NCBI RefSeq assembly: GCF_009914755.1
Contig: NC_060947.1
Length of the DNA: 64,000 nt
Source of the DNA: the human T2T-CHM13v2.0 reference genome, Homo sapiens
Reading direction: 5' to 3' (one strand)
The position numbers and the translations under genes were made by a program. Each line of letters starts with the position of its first letter. Position 1 is the stretch's first letter. Shown piece after piece: positions 1 to 18,152 of the stretch. The notes under the pieces are model-generated. The model worked only from the letters and a program-made list of their open reading frames with translations, was not told the DNA's origin and ran no database searches.

Positions 1-1040
1 CAAAGTACAGAATGGCATAATTTTTATAGCGGGAAGGGACCTACAGATCATTTAGTCTATCCTTGACATTTTGCAAAAGAAGGAGCCAAGACCCAGAGAG
101 ATTAAATGACTTAAACAAAATTCTAATACTTTCTCAGCTATAACACACTGTATCTTCATAATTTAAAAAATGGTAATGTGTATGTAGATAAAGAACTGTC
201 TGTATATAATTGAACAAAGAGCTTACTAAAGAATAATCACCACTTACATATATGTCATTCATCTTCACCTACCCGATCCTGGCCTCACTCCTGATTATGA
301 TTAACTGATAGAAAGCACAATGGGAACTCCCACAATGGGAGATCCCTCTTACTACTACTGCCACAGAGTGGGAGCGGGAAAAGGAGGACTCCATTTAGCT
401 GCTAAGACAACAGGGAAAGGTACAGGAAATAAGCTGTTTAATCAGAGTATAGAGAAAGAAAAAAAAAACAATTCTTTCTTACTGCCAAATTAATTCACAG
501 CACCTTAACTCTAATTGGAGCCTCAGCTGTAATTCCACTGATATAATACATTTATTATGAGCTAAATAGTATTCTGTGGGGGCAGGTGTAAACCTAATAA
601 CCATATTTCACCAAGTTTCTATAGAAAAATGTAAAGTCTCAAATAGTCAACCTAACAAATTTTAAAATACAATCTAACCATAAATTAAGGATTGCCTGGT
701 TGTGTTGAACAGACACAAGCATACCTACTAACACTTATATAAGTATGTAAACAAATATGTAAAAAGAAGAATGAACTGGCTAGTAAGTGAACAGAAAAAT
801 AAATACAGGTACATACTTAGTTATGTGAAGAATAAGGGAGAAAAGCATGACAACTTAGGGAAGAGTAATATTTTCACCTTCCTGGGAATAACCACAAAAA
901 ACTCACAACCTTTTCTGCCTCTAGATGTTTCCTGCTCCACTAACCACACCCAAGGGGCTTCATATTTCTAGAGGCAGGAAGAAACACTATAGAAGACGGA
1001 AAAAAGGGACTAGCTTAAAAGAACCACAGAATGCTAATTT

Positions 1041-1330
1041 CTTTCTAGAGACAGGATCTCACTCTGTCACCCAGGCTAGAGCACAGTGGTGCAAGCATAG
1101 CTCACTGCAGCTTTCAACTCCTGGGCTCAAGTGATCCTCTCACCTCAGCCTCCAGAGTAGGTAGGACTATAGGTATGTACCACCATGCCCAGATAGATTT
1201 TTTCATTTTTGATAGAGACAGGGTCTCACTATGTTGCCCAGGCTGGTCTCAAACTCTTGGCCTAAAACAGTTCTCTTGCCTCGGCCTACCGAAGTGCTGG
1301 GGTTATAGGCATGAGCCACCATACCTGGCT
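1041..1330 (-). mobile_element. Alu (AluJ-like)
   Basis: Reverse-complement Alu dimer, diverged. Confidence 0.9.
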
Positions 1331-1387
1331 GTATGCTAATTTCATACTAAATCTTGGTTGCCTAAGTACACAAAGCAGTAAACACAC

Positions 1388-1499
1388 CGGATCAGTAGTG
1401 TCAGAAGAACTTTCAAATGTATTCAGGTGATTAACAACGTCCTTGAGATCTTGGGCCATTTGTTTCAGCTGAGCATCTATACTTTCTGCTAATCTGTAA
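1388..1499 (-). CDS. NUP62CL: Candidate NUP62CL exon, probably skipped: (T)YRLAESIDAQLKQMAQDLKDVVNHLNTFESSSDTTDP
   Basis: ttttcAG acceptor and CCG|gtgtgt donor. Open and in phase with the upstream exon. Resembles NUP62 TYKLAENIDAQLKRMAQDLKDIIEHLNTSGAPADTSDP. Usage not shown. Confidence 0.6.
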
Positions 1500-2046
1500 C
1501 TGAAAAGGCAAGTAAAATAAAGGGATTAACAAAAAGTGTTTTCTCCACTACCTATTGTTATTGATATATAAACATGACACTACCAATTGGATTTGCCCTA
1601 ATTCCCCTGTCTTTTCAGTGGAGCTCAGTTATGACTACTGATATATTTTCATGGATGCAGCATTTGTGACGTTATTATTACCATGTTCTAAAAAGACTCC
1701 AAATGAGAAGACTTTTATCTACCTTGCCTTTTTACCTTCACCTATTTATCCTCTAGGTGAATACCCTGGGGATCTGTAGAGCAAAGGAATCCTTTAAGGT
1801 GTCAAAATACACCTATAGCACATTTACATACAAAAGAGAAGTTATTTAGGGTTTGGCAATATTCAATAGATGCTGAGATGTCTTCAATGATCTTGAATAC
1901 ACAAATTTTCAAAATAAAACCTCATATAAATATACTTCATCAGGCAAAAAAGATGTTTTGAGAAATGAGCTTCACAATAATCAAAGATAGACAAACCTGC
2001 TAAGTTCACAAGTTAGTTGCCTAAATTCTCGAGATTTCCACCCAAA

Positions 2047-2080
<34 letters not shown>
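2047..2080. repeat. (CA)n microsatellite
   Basis: Direct reading. Confidence 0.95.
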
Positions 2081-2082
<2 letters not shown>

Positions 2083-2282
2083 CCCAGTCAATAAATATGT
2101 TTATGAGAATTAAAGTGGCCAGAGGATTTTTCAACCTTAATGTGTATAAAGATTGAAAGAGTCAATTAGATTTGTAGGTAACAACTATCTACTGCCTTTC
2201 TATGGCATAGTACTTATGCCATAGAATTGGTTGCCTACATTATTGAAGATTCTGGTAAATATTTCATCACAATACAAATCTG

Positions 2283-2707
<425 letters not shown>

Positions 2708-3675
2708 GACTACAAAGGAGCAACTGGAAAGGAACTAATGTCATGAAGATTTCTTCAAACTACAGTTAGGATCTTATGGCCAAAAATGTAACTCTATATG
2801 TTTCAAAAAAATGATAGAATGCATAGAAAGCAATACAAAGAAAAGAAAAATTCACAAAGGTTGAAATACAAAAGCAGAAACTGATTTAGGTTAGTATAGA
2901 TTAGTTGTACTTACCACATTTAATGCGCCTACAAAAAAGTTAACTTGCAAGCATGTTAAAAACAGGCCCAGTCTTAACTCATAATAAGTCATTGATAAAA
3001 TGTGTCCAATTTAGTCTCAATCTAGATTATGTTGTTCATTCATACAAATTCTAATACTTAATAAATTGGCCAATTACCAAACCTCAGTTCCAGAGAAATA
3101 AAGTTACTTTGGGAATACTGGCACTGTATTGACAGAAGGTAAAGACTGAAGAGTTCACAAATAAAATATAGCCCTCCTAAGACATTGACAAAATCACTCC
3201 ATTTTTGAAAGCTATACAGTTTGCCTCCAGATTAACAAATTGCCTTTAAAATAGCAAATGATTTATCACTAAAGCAATTGCATGACTATTAGTTTTAGCA
3301 GAATCAACATAAAGAGGAGACCATAAATATCCCACAATACCATGACACCATACACATAAAATTTGTACTTCTAATTTAAGAACAAATTTGACAAATACAA
3401 AAACTTTACAGTGAACATGCATAAGGTTGACAGTAATAACAGTAAACAAAATGCTATAAAACGAAATTGCCAGAATGATTTCCTCATTTACAAGCATCCA
3501 GAAAAGATAACCAGAAAACAATCAAACAAATTGATAAATGTCAACTACAAAAGCTTGTCCCTTTCTACCGATTTGTATTCCTTGCCTTCCAATTCGACTT
3601 TTCCCCTCTGTTCCTGGAATGCTCTCAGAATACGTAAGTCCTGCCCCATTCTTCAATCTTTTTTCAGTTACTTAC

Positions 3676-3810
3676 GTCTCCACATGCTCCTCATCTGCAT
3701 CCTGCAGATAATGAAGTCCACTCTGGTCGCGCGTAGACTCCTCTAAATAAGTCAACAGAAATTCTAGTTCCTGCTGCTGTGACAGGATAAAATCCAATTC
3801 TTGTTCCAAT
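3676..3810 (-). CDS. NUP62CL: NUP62CL coding exon: (R)LEQELDFILSQQQELEFLLTYLEESTRDQSGLHYLQDADEEHVE(T)
   Basis: ttcAG acceptor, AC|gtaagt donor, phase 2-2. Homologous to the NUP62/Nsp1 C-terminal coiled coil (LDQELDFILSQQKELE). Confidence 0.93.
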
Positions 3811-3957
3811 CTGAATAAAATAAGTTAATAAAAAGGCTGATGAAAGGAATTTGGAGTGACAAAAAGAAAAGAGTTAACAAACTACAGAAGGAAAAAAAAA
3901 ACACTGAATAAAAAGATAGGTCTTTAATCTTTCAACCAAGGAAATCTAAGGTTCTAC

Positions 3958-4007
3958 CTTTTCTGATCCAGTTTCACTTTGTTCACTTCTCCATGTAAAA
4001 TACGAAT
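3958..4007 (-). CDS. NUP62CL: NUP62CL coding exon: IRILHGEVNKVKLDQK(R)
   Basis: tttatAG acceptor, AG|gtagaa donor. Resembles NUP62 ITSLHREVEKVKLDQKR. Confidence 0.93.
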
Positions 4008-4117
4008 CTATAAAGAGAAATATGAATACAACAATATAAGTATTTGAATTTATATAACAATTTTAGAGCAATATTAATTTTCTCAAATACACTTCAAATA
4101 TGAAAGATTTCCTTTTA

Positions 4118-4510
<393 letters not shown>

Positions 4511-4599
4511 AAGAAAACCACAAAACACAGGTCTATTTTCTTGTGTTCATCTGCAAATACTTGCACAATGTAGGTAGATTAATGAAAATATTTTCTTAC

Positions 4600-4750
4600 C
4601 ATCTCACCATTCTCAATCAATGTATGGTCCCAAGCATTGACCTGAGTGGCCTGGAGAAGAAAGTACTTCTCTTGATCTTCCAGCTCAAGGTTCCACTCAT
4701 TTATAAGACCCTCCAGATGACCATATGTCATCACAGGAGTTGCTACTACA
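4600..4750 (-). CDS. NUP62CL: NUP62CL coding exon: (S)VVATPVMTYGHLEGLINEWNLELEDQEKYFLLQATQVNAWDHTLIENGEM
   Basis: tttAG acceptor (phase 2), ATG|gtaaga donor. Nsp1_C motif matching NUP62 MTYAQLESLINKWSLELEDQERHFLQQATQVNAWDRTLIENGE. Confidence 0.95.
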
Positions 4751-4829
4751 CTAAAACATAAAAAGATGCAGGATGATCCAATAATCATACTTTAAAAAGT
4801 GTGATCAGATTTTAAAAACGAACACAGGA

Positions 4830-6270
4830 GGACTCTGAGAAGAAAACAGCATGTAAGGAATTTCCCATACCTGCTTCCCAAGAAAACAAACATAACTGGT
4901 AAAGATGATTAAAAAAACAACCCCTCAAAGTCACTTGAAATTATCCTAGGTGAATATAGTAAATAAAGATTTATTAAGAAACCTACTAAATCACAGCAAG
5001 AATAGCTAAAGTCTGTGCCATAATCTGCTCCTTCTCTTCCCCTCATCCCAGCTCAGCATGAGAGAAGCTCCTTTCTGGGTAGGCATAGCTAAGGAGATAG
5101 GATTCTCTCTCCCCCAGCTCTTAGTCAAAGTGACCCATTCCCTGTTTGAGTAGTATCCACAAGAGAGTGGGCATTCCTCACTGGGTAGAACCATGCAGAA
5201 CTCTGATTCCCCTGCCAAGTGGTATCAAAAAAGGCTCAGCAACTAGCTGATCTTTTGGCCAGCAGAGCCAGTCAATGGTGATTCCTCTGCTGGGGTAGTG
5301 TCAGCAGGGCTCAGTGGGAAGGTAATCATCAATTCCCTAAGTGGAAGACACAGGCACGATTCCAATTCCTCCACCAGGGTTCTTTCTGTGGGATCCAATG
5401 ACAAGTTGAACCTAAATCCCTACCCAGTAGCAACAGGGCTCAATGAGGCAGAATGAGGCAGGGTTAGTCACCATTAGGCTTCACCTCTTGCCTCTGGTGT
5501 CAGAGAGACCCAGTGGGGAGCTGAATCTCTATACCCACCCAGCATCATTACAACTGAACAAGGTGATTCAAGTTAGGGCTTGTAGGGATCCCACTTCCTG
5601 CCATCCATGGGGTCAGCAATGCTCAATGAGAAGCTTGACCTCCACATCCACTGGCAAAGCCAAGACTAAATGAGGTAGGGCAAAGAGCGCCTAGTCAGTA
5701 CTTTGTCCCCCTTCTCCCATGAGCCTGTGTCAGCTGGGCCCAGTAGAGAGCTAAGCCTTCATACCAACCAAGGAGGCTGAATGAAGTGATATGAAACAGA
5801 GTAGTTGACATTATGCTTCTTCTTCCCTCCCCTTGTGTCAGTGGGGCCAACAGGAAGCTGAAATTCTGCCTCCATGTGCAGCAACTAAGCAGTGTGAGTC
5901 AGTCCTCCACTTCCCCCTGATCTGGGGACTCCAGGGCCCAGCTGGGAGCTGAGCTTACATCTCCACTTACTGTCAATAAAGTGGTAGCATGCAATGTTCA
6001 CCTTTCATGAGGGATGAGTCAGTGGGGCTAAGCGGGAAGCAGTTTCCATACCACCCATCTGCCTTGAGGCAGCGTGGTAAGTGCTCCACTTTTGCTGGAG
6101 TGGTGTGGGTAAGGTCCAGTGGGAAGCTGAACATACAAACACACCCACCCCTTGTACTACATGTCAAAAAAGAGATGCTTGATGAAAAAAAAATATGAAA
6201 ATAGGACCTAGACTTTCCTAACATAATAGACAAAATGTCCAAGATAAAATTTTAAAAATTACCTATCATA
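4830..6270 (+). mobile_element. 5' part of an old L1 (L1M/L1MC-like), the host of the young L1
   Basis: Sequence continues across the TSD into ORF1-like sequence at 12363; boundaries approximate. Confidence 0.55.
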
Positions 6271-7175
6271 GGGGAGGAGCCAAGATGGCCAAATAGGAAC
6301 AGCTCCGGTCTACAGCTCCCAGCGTGAGCGACACAGAAGACGGGTGATTTCTGCATTTCCATCTGAGGTACCGGGTTCATCTCACTAGGGAGTGCCAGAC
6401 AGTGGGCGCAGGCCAGTGGGTGCGCGCACCGTGCGCAAGCCAAAGCAGGGCGAGGCATTCCCTCACCTGGGAAGCGCAAGGGGTCAGGGAGTTCCCTTTC
6501 CGAGTCAAAGAAAGGGGTGACGGACGCACCTGGAAAATCGGGTCACTCCCACCCGAATATTGCGCTTTTCAGACCGGCTTAAAAAACGGCGCACCACGAG
6601 ACTATATCCCACACCTGGCTCGGAGGGTCCTACGCCCACGGCATCTCGCTGATTGCTAGCACAGCAGTCTGAGATCAAACTGCAAGGCGGCAGCCAGGCT
6701 GGGGGAGGGGCGCCCGCCATTGCCCAGGCTTGATTAGGTAAACAAAGCAGCCGGGAAGCTCCAACTGGGTGGAGCCCACCACAGCTCAAGGAGGCCTGCC
6801 TGCCTCTGTAGGCTCCACCTCTGGGGGCAGGGCACAGACAAACAAAAAGACAGCAGTAACCTCTGCAGACTTAAATGTCCCTGTCTGACAGCTTTGAAGA
6901 GAGCAGTGGTTCTCCCAGCACGCAGCTGGAGATCTGAGAACAGGCAGACTGCCTCCTCAAGTGGGTCCCTGACCCCTGATCCCCGAGCAGCCTAACTGGG
7001 AGGCACCCCCCAGCAGGGGCACACTGACACCTCACACGGCAGGGTATTCCAACAGACCTGCAGCTGAGGGTCCTGTCTGTTAGAAGGAAAACTAACAAAC
7101 AGAAAGGACATCCACACCAAAAACCCATCTGTACATCACCATCATCAAAGACCAAAAGTAGATAAAACCACAAAG
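6271..7175. promoter_or_regulatory. L1 5'UTR with sense promoter and antisense promoter; YY1 site CAAGATGGCC
   Basis: CpG-rich 5'UTR matching young L1PA elements. Confidence 0.85.
6505..6720 (-). CDS. L1 ORF0, intact, 71 aa (MAGAPPPAWLPPCSLISDCC...RCVRHPFL)
   Basis: ATG at 6720, stop at 6505-6507. Splice donors after nt 106 (exon end 6615) and nt 191 (exon end 6530). Confidence 0.85.
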   Translation of the reverse strand: MAGAPPPAWLPPCSLISDCCASNQRDAVGVGPSEPGVGYSLVVRRFLSRSEKRNIRVGVTRFSRCVRHPFL

Positions 7176-8190
7176 ATGGGGAAAAAACAGAACAGAAAAA
7201 CTGGAAACTCTAAAACGCAGAGCGCCTCTCCTCCTCCAAAGGAACGCAGTTCCTCACCAGCAACGGAACAAACCTGGATGGAGAATGATTTTGACGAGCT
7301 GAGAGGAAGGCTTCAGACGATCAAATTACTCTGAGCTACGGGAGGACATTCAAACCAAAGGCAAAGAAGTTGAAAACTTTGAAAAAAATTTAGAAGAATG
7401 TATAACTAGAATAACCAATACAGAGAAGTGCTTAAAGGAGCTGATGGAGCTGAAAACCAAGGCTCGAGAACTACGTGAAGAATGCAGAAGCCTCAGGAGC
7501 CGATGCGATCAACTGGAAGAAAGGGTATCAGCAATGGAAGATGAAATGAATGAAATGAAGCGAGAAGGGAAGTTTAGAGAAAAAAGAATAAAAAGAAATG
7601 AGCAAAGCCTCCAAGAAATGTGGGACGATGTGAAAAGACCAAATCTACGTCTGATTGGTGTACCTGAAAGTGATGGGGAGAATGCAACCAAGTTGGAAAA
7701 CACTCTGCAGGATATTATCCAGGAGAACTTCCCCAATCTAGCAAGGCAGGCCAACGTTCAGATTCAGGAAATACAGAGAACGCCACAAAGATACTCCTCG
7801 GGAAGAGCAACTCCAAGACACATAATTGTCAGATTCACCAAAGTTGAAATGAAGGAAAAAATGTTAAGGGCAGCCAGAGAGAAAGGTCAGGTTACCCTCA
7901 AAGGGAAGCCCATCAGACTAACAGCGGATCTCTCAGCAGAAACCCTACAAGCCAGAAGAGAGTGGGGGCCAATATTCAACATTCTTAAAGAAAAGAATTT
8001 TCAACCCAGAATTTCATATCCAGCCAAACTAAGCTTCATAAGTGAAGGAGAAATAAAATACTTTACAGACAAGCAAGTGCTGAGAGATTTTGTCACCACC
8101 AGGCCTGCCCTAAAAGAGCTCCTGAAGGAAGCGCTAAACATGGAAAGGAACAACCGGTACCAGCCGCTGCAAAATCATGCCAAAATGTAA
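7176..8190 (+). pseudogene. L1 ORF1p, frameshifted by a ~2-nt deletion near 7305
   Basis: ATGGGGAAAAAACAG start; span 1015 nt is not a multiple of 3; C-terminal 248 aa open (7444-8190). Confidence 0.92.
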
Positions 8191-8226
8191 AGACCATCAA
8201 GACTAGGAAGAAACTGCATCAACTAA

Positions 8227-12080
<3,854 letters not shown>

Positions 12081-13261
12081 ACAATGAGATCACATGGACA
12101 CAGGAAGGGGAATATCACACTCTGGGGACTGTGGTGGGGAGGGGGGAGGGGGGAGGGATAGCATTGGGAGATATACCTAATGCTAGGTGATGAGTTAGTG
12201 GGTGCAGCGCACCAGCATGGCACACGTATACATATGTAACTAACCTGCACAATGTGCACATGTACCCTAAAACTTAAAGTATAATTTAAAAAAAATAATA
12301 ATAATAATAGTAATAATAATAAAAAAATTTAAAAAAAATGAAAAAAAAAATTACCTATCATATCAAAACCGAGAAAACCCACAACTTGAAAGAGAAAAGG
12401 CAACAGATGCCAACACTGAGAGGTATCAGATGTTGGAATTATCTGAAAAGAATTTTAAAGCGACCATCAAAAAAAGGCTCAAACAAGCCATTTCAAATTT
12501 TCTTAAAACAAATGAAAAAAACAGAAAATCTCAGCAAAGAAATAGAAAGTATGAAAAACAACCAAATGAAACGTACAGAACTGAAATGTAAAATAACCGA
12601 AATAACAAGCTCACCTAAGGAATTTGATAACAGAATGGAGTCAACAGAGGATAGAATAAGAAAACTTGATGACAGACAAATATAATTTACAGAAAACAAA
12701 GAAAAACTTCGCAGAAACAAATGAAAAATGTCTCAAGGACTTGGAAGACAATAATAAAAGCAGTAACATTTGTATAATAAGAGCTCCAGAAAGAGAGGAA
12801 AGAGAGAATGGGACTGAAAAACGTATTTAAAAAAAAAGATTGAAAACTCTCAAAGTTTGTGAAAAGATATAAACTCATAGATTCAAGAAGCTGGACAAAT
12901 CCCAAAGAGAATAACTCAAATCCACGCTAAGACACAAAATAATTAAACTTCTGAAAACTAAAGACAAAGAAAAAAAAATCTTGAAAGCAACCAGAAAGAA
13001 AAAAATGCATTACTTAAAAGGGAGTATCAGTTTAGATGACACCAGATTTCTCGTCTAAAACCATGCAGGCTTCAAGCACTGAATGAAAAAAAGTGTCAAC
13101 AATGACTTCTGTATCTGGTGAAAATGTCCTTCAGAAATGAAGGGGGAGATAAAGATATTCTCACACAAAGTCAATTCAAGATAATTTGTTGCTAGTAAAC
13201 CTACCCTTGAAGATTAAACAGAAAGGAAATGAAAACAGAAGACTTGGAACATCATATAAAG

Positions 13262-13572
13262 CAGCGATCCCCAACCCTTTTGGCACCAGGAACTGGTTTT
13301 GTGGAAGACAATTTTTCCACAGATGGCGGGAGGGGCCTGGGGGAGGATCATCAGGCATTAGATTCTCATCAGGAGCGCACAACCTAGATCCCTTGCATGT
13401 GTAGTTTACTATAGGGTTCACGCTCCTATGAGAATCTAATGTCTGATCTGACAGGAGGCGGAGCTCAGGCAGTAATGCACGCTCACCTGCTGCTCACCTC
13501 TTGCTGTGTGGTCCGGTTCCTAACAGGCTACAGAGCAGTACTGGTCTTCAGCCCAGGGGTTGAGGACCCCTG
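13262..13572. mobile_element. MER1B-like hAT-Charlie DNA transposon
   Basis: TIR-like ends CAGCGATCCCCAACC / GGTTGAGGACCCCTG; 8-bp TSD ATATAAAG at 13254-13261 and 13573-13580. Confidence 0.9.
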
Positions 13573-15329
13573 ATATAAAGTAAGGAATATCAAAATGGGT
13601 ATAGACAAGGTAAATATACTATTCTACTTCTCGTTTCTCAAATCATTTGATGGCTGAAGTAAAAATTATAACCCCATGTGATGTGATATTCAATGTACAC
13701 AGAAGAAATGGCTGAGACAACCATACTTAAAAGCTAAGAAGGGTAAAAGGAACTAAATGGAATTAAGGTTTCTGCACTTCACCCAAACACTGTAGTGGTA
13801 TGACTACACTGTTGTAAGTAATGCATGTATCTGTAATACCTAGAGCAACCAGTAATAAAACTATACAAAATAATGTATTTAAAAACACTATAAACAGAAC
13901 AAGATGAAACCCCCCCAAAATACTCAAACAACTGACAGCAGGGTAAAAAAAAGAAAGAGAAGAACAAAAATCAGAGGCAACAAACAAATAAAATGGCAGA
14001 TTTAAGCTCTAACATGTGAATAGTTACCTTAAATATAAATGTGCTAAACATACCAATTAAAATACAGAGAGTGGAAGAGTGAATAAAAAATGATCCAACA
14101 ATATACCGTCTATAAGAAATTCACTTCAAATACAAGGATATATTAATACATAGTTTGAAAGTAAAAGAATGGAAAGAATGTACCATGCAAGGTTCATTTT
14201 TTTAAAAAGAAATGGCTATATTAATATCAGATAAAGTGGACTACAGAACAAAGAAAATTACTAGAACCAAAGAGAGACATTACAGAGTGATAAAGGAATC
14301 AAGGCATCCAGAAGGCTAGCAATCCTAAATGTATAGGTGACCAAACAAGAAAGCCTCAAAATACATGAAATAAAAACTGATAGAGCTAAAGGGAGAAATA
14401 GAGAAATCCACAATTAAAGGCGGAGATTTCAAAAAGCCACTCTCCACAACTGAAAGAACTACTAGACAGAAAGACTCCAATAACACAGTATCTGAAATTA
14501 CAGTGAAGCAACAGAATCTAATTAACATATATAGAACATTCCACCCTGCAGCAGAAAACACAATTTTCAAATGTCCATGGAACATTCATCAAGACAGACT
14601 GTATCCTCACCCACAAAACAAACCTAAATAAATTTAAAAGAACTAAAATCGTACAAAGCATATTCTAATACCACAATGGGATCAAAGTAGCGATCAATAC
14701 AGAAAAAACAACAAGAAAATCTCCAAACACTTGGAAATTAAACAACACACTTCTAAATAATAAATTAGTCAAAGAAGGATTCACAAAGGAAATTTAAGAA
14801 GTATATAGAGCTGAATGAAATCACAATATAACATAATATGTAGGTCACAGTTAAGGAAGTGTTGAGTTGGGTATTTATAGCACTAAATGTGTACGTTAAA
14901 AAATAGGAAAAATCTCAAATCAATAGTCTGAGTTCATACCTCAACGAACTAGAAAAAGAGCAAAATGAACTCAGTGCAATCAGAAGGAAGGAAATAATAG
15001 AGTAGATATCAAGTGAAATTGAAAACATGAAAAGAATAGAAAATGATTAATTAAACAAAAGCTGGCTCTTTGGGAAGCGATCGATAAAATTGATAAAAGA
15101 AAGACACAAACCACTAACATCAGAAATGAAACAGGAATATCCCTACAGCCATTAAAAGGACAATAATGGAATACTATGAACTACTTTATTTTTAACAATA
15201 TAAAAAATGGGCCAACTCTTTAAAAACAATACATTCATCAAAGATGAACTAGATAACCTGAATAGTTCTAGAACCACTAAAGAAATTGATTTGTAATTTA
15301 AAAGCCCCTTTAGCCTAAAAGCCCCTTTA

Positions 15330-15861
<532 letters not shown>

Positions 15862-17684
15862 TTAAAAGAAAGATACAGGCCGAGAAGTTTTCGCTAGAGA
15901 ATTCTGCCAACATTTTATGAATTAACATTAATTTTACACTATTTCTTTTAGAAAACAGAAAACAGAATACTTTCCAGATCATTTTATAGAGCCAATGTTA
16001 CCCTGATATCAAAACTAGAGACATAAAAAAAGACGAAAACTACAGACTAATATCTCTCATGAACTTAGATACAAAAGTCCTCAAACAAAATACCAGGAAA
16101 CCAAATTTTTAAAAATGTACCAAAAAATTATACACCATGATCAAGTGGGATTTATTCCACATATGCAGGGCTGGTTGAACATCTGAAAATCAATCAGTGT
16201 AATCTACCACTTCACCAAGATAAAGAAACAAAATCTTAAGACTATCAATTGAGGCTGAAAAAGCATTTGACACAAATTGATTTTTGACAAAGGTGCAAAA
16301 GCAATTCAGGGGGGAAGATAGTCTTTCAATAAATGATGTTGGAAAAACTCGACATCCACAGACAAAAAAAAATTAATCTTGACCTAAACCTCACACCTTA
16401 TATAAAAATTGACTCCAGTTGGATCACAAGCTCAAATGTAAAATGTGAAACTATAAAACTTTTAGAAAAACACAGAAGAAAATCTTTGGGATCTAGGGCT
16501 AAGAAAAGATTTCTTATAATTGACACTAAAAGCACAATTCATTAAAAGAAAATGTGATAAACTGTAACTCATTAATTAAAGGTTTTGATACAGCAAAAGG
16601 ACCCTGTTAAGAGGATGAAAAGCCAAGTTACACAGTTAAAGAATATACTTATGAGCCACATATCTGACAAAAGACTGGCATCTAGAGTACATAACAAACT
16701 CTGAAAACCAAACAGTAAAAAAATCAAATAATCCAAGTAGAAAATGGACAAAAGATATGAACAGACATTTCACCAAAGAGGATCTACTGATGGCAAATAA
16801 ACATGTGAAAAGACGTTCAACATCATTAGTCATCAGGGAAATGCAAATTAAAACCATAATGAGATATCACTTCACATCTGTCAGAAGGGCTCAAATAAAA
16901 AGTAGTGACAACACCAAATCCTGGCAAGAATGCAGACAATCTGGATCACCCATACATTGCTAGTGGGCATGTAAAATGGCACAGTACTCTGGAAAAGAAT
17001 TTGACAGTTTCTTAAAAAACAAAACAAACAAAAAACATGTAACCACCATACCACCCGACAACTGCACTCCTAGGCATTTATCCCAGAGAAATACTTATAT
17101 TCATAATAAACATGTACATCAATGTTCACACCAGCTTTTTTCATAATATCCAAAAAACTGGAAACAACCTATATGTCCATCAACAGGTGAATGGTTAAAC
17201 AAACCATGGTGCATCCACAATACCATGGAATACTACTCAGAAATAAAAAAGAACAAACTGTTGATGCACACGACAAGTTGGGTGGATCACAAGGAATTAT
17301 GCTGAATAAAAAAATCCAATCCCCAAAGGTCACATATATATGACTCTATCTGTACAACACTCTTGAAATGTCAAGATTATAGAAATAGAGAACATTAATT
17401 GTTGCTCAGGGTCAAGGAAAGGAGGGGAGTGGGTGTGGCTATACAAGGGTAACAGGAGGAATCCTTGTAGTGATAAAACTGTTCTGTATTTTGACTGTAG
17501 CAATATCAATATCTTGGTTGTGATATTATACTGTAGTACTGTTGAGATGTTATCATTGGAGGAAATGATATAAAGACCATACAGAATGTTGTGTATTATT
17601 TCTTACATATACATGTGACTCTACAATTATCCCAAAATAAAAAGCTTAATTTAAAAAATGAACAAATACTAGAGAGAAACATCA

Positions 17685-17935
17685 TATACAGGCTCCAGAG
17701 CTTGACTGTCTGAATTTTAATCCTGGCTCAACCATTAACAAGTATGCGACTATGAGCAGATTATAAAATCTCTATATGCTCTTGTTTTCTCACCTATAAA
17801 ATGAAAATGAAAATACTGCCTACCTCATAGGGTTACTGTGAGGATAAATGACATGATGCTTGTAATGCATTGTCATCTTGCTAAACATACACAGATTACA
17901 TACACAGTAATTGCACAATAAGTGGTAGCTATTAT
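17685..17935 (+). mobile_element. MIR
   Basis: Core-like TTTCTCACCTATAAAATG...ACCTCATAGGGTTACTGTGAGGATAAATGA. Confidence 0.75.
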
Positions 17936-18152
17936 TAGTAATAGTAATGATTCTATTATAATGATATTCAGAAGGTAAAGGTGTGCTGCTGTTTATTCAA
18001 CTTCCTAAGCTACAGAAATCTTTCTCTTGACTGTTCCCTCAACTCAGTCATTTAGCTAACTTTCAAATATTATTCTAAAGTTATCCAAGCAAATGTCTTG
18101 TACATGATAAATAAAATGAAACACATGCAAGTTTTTAAATAAATAGGCTTAC

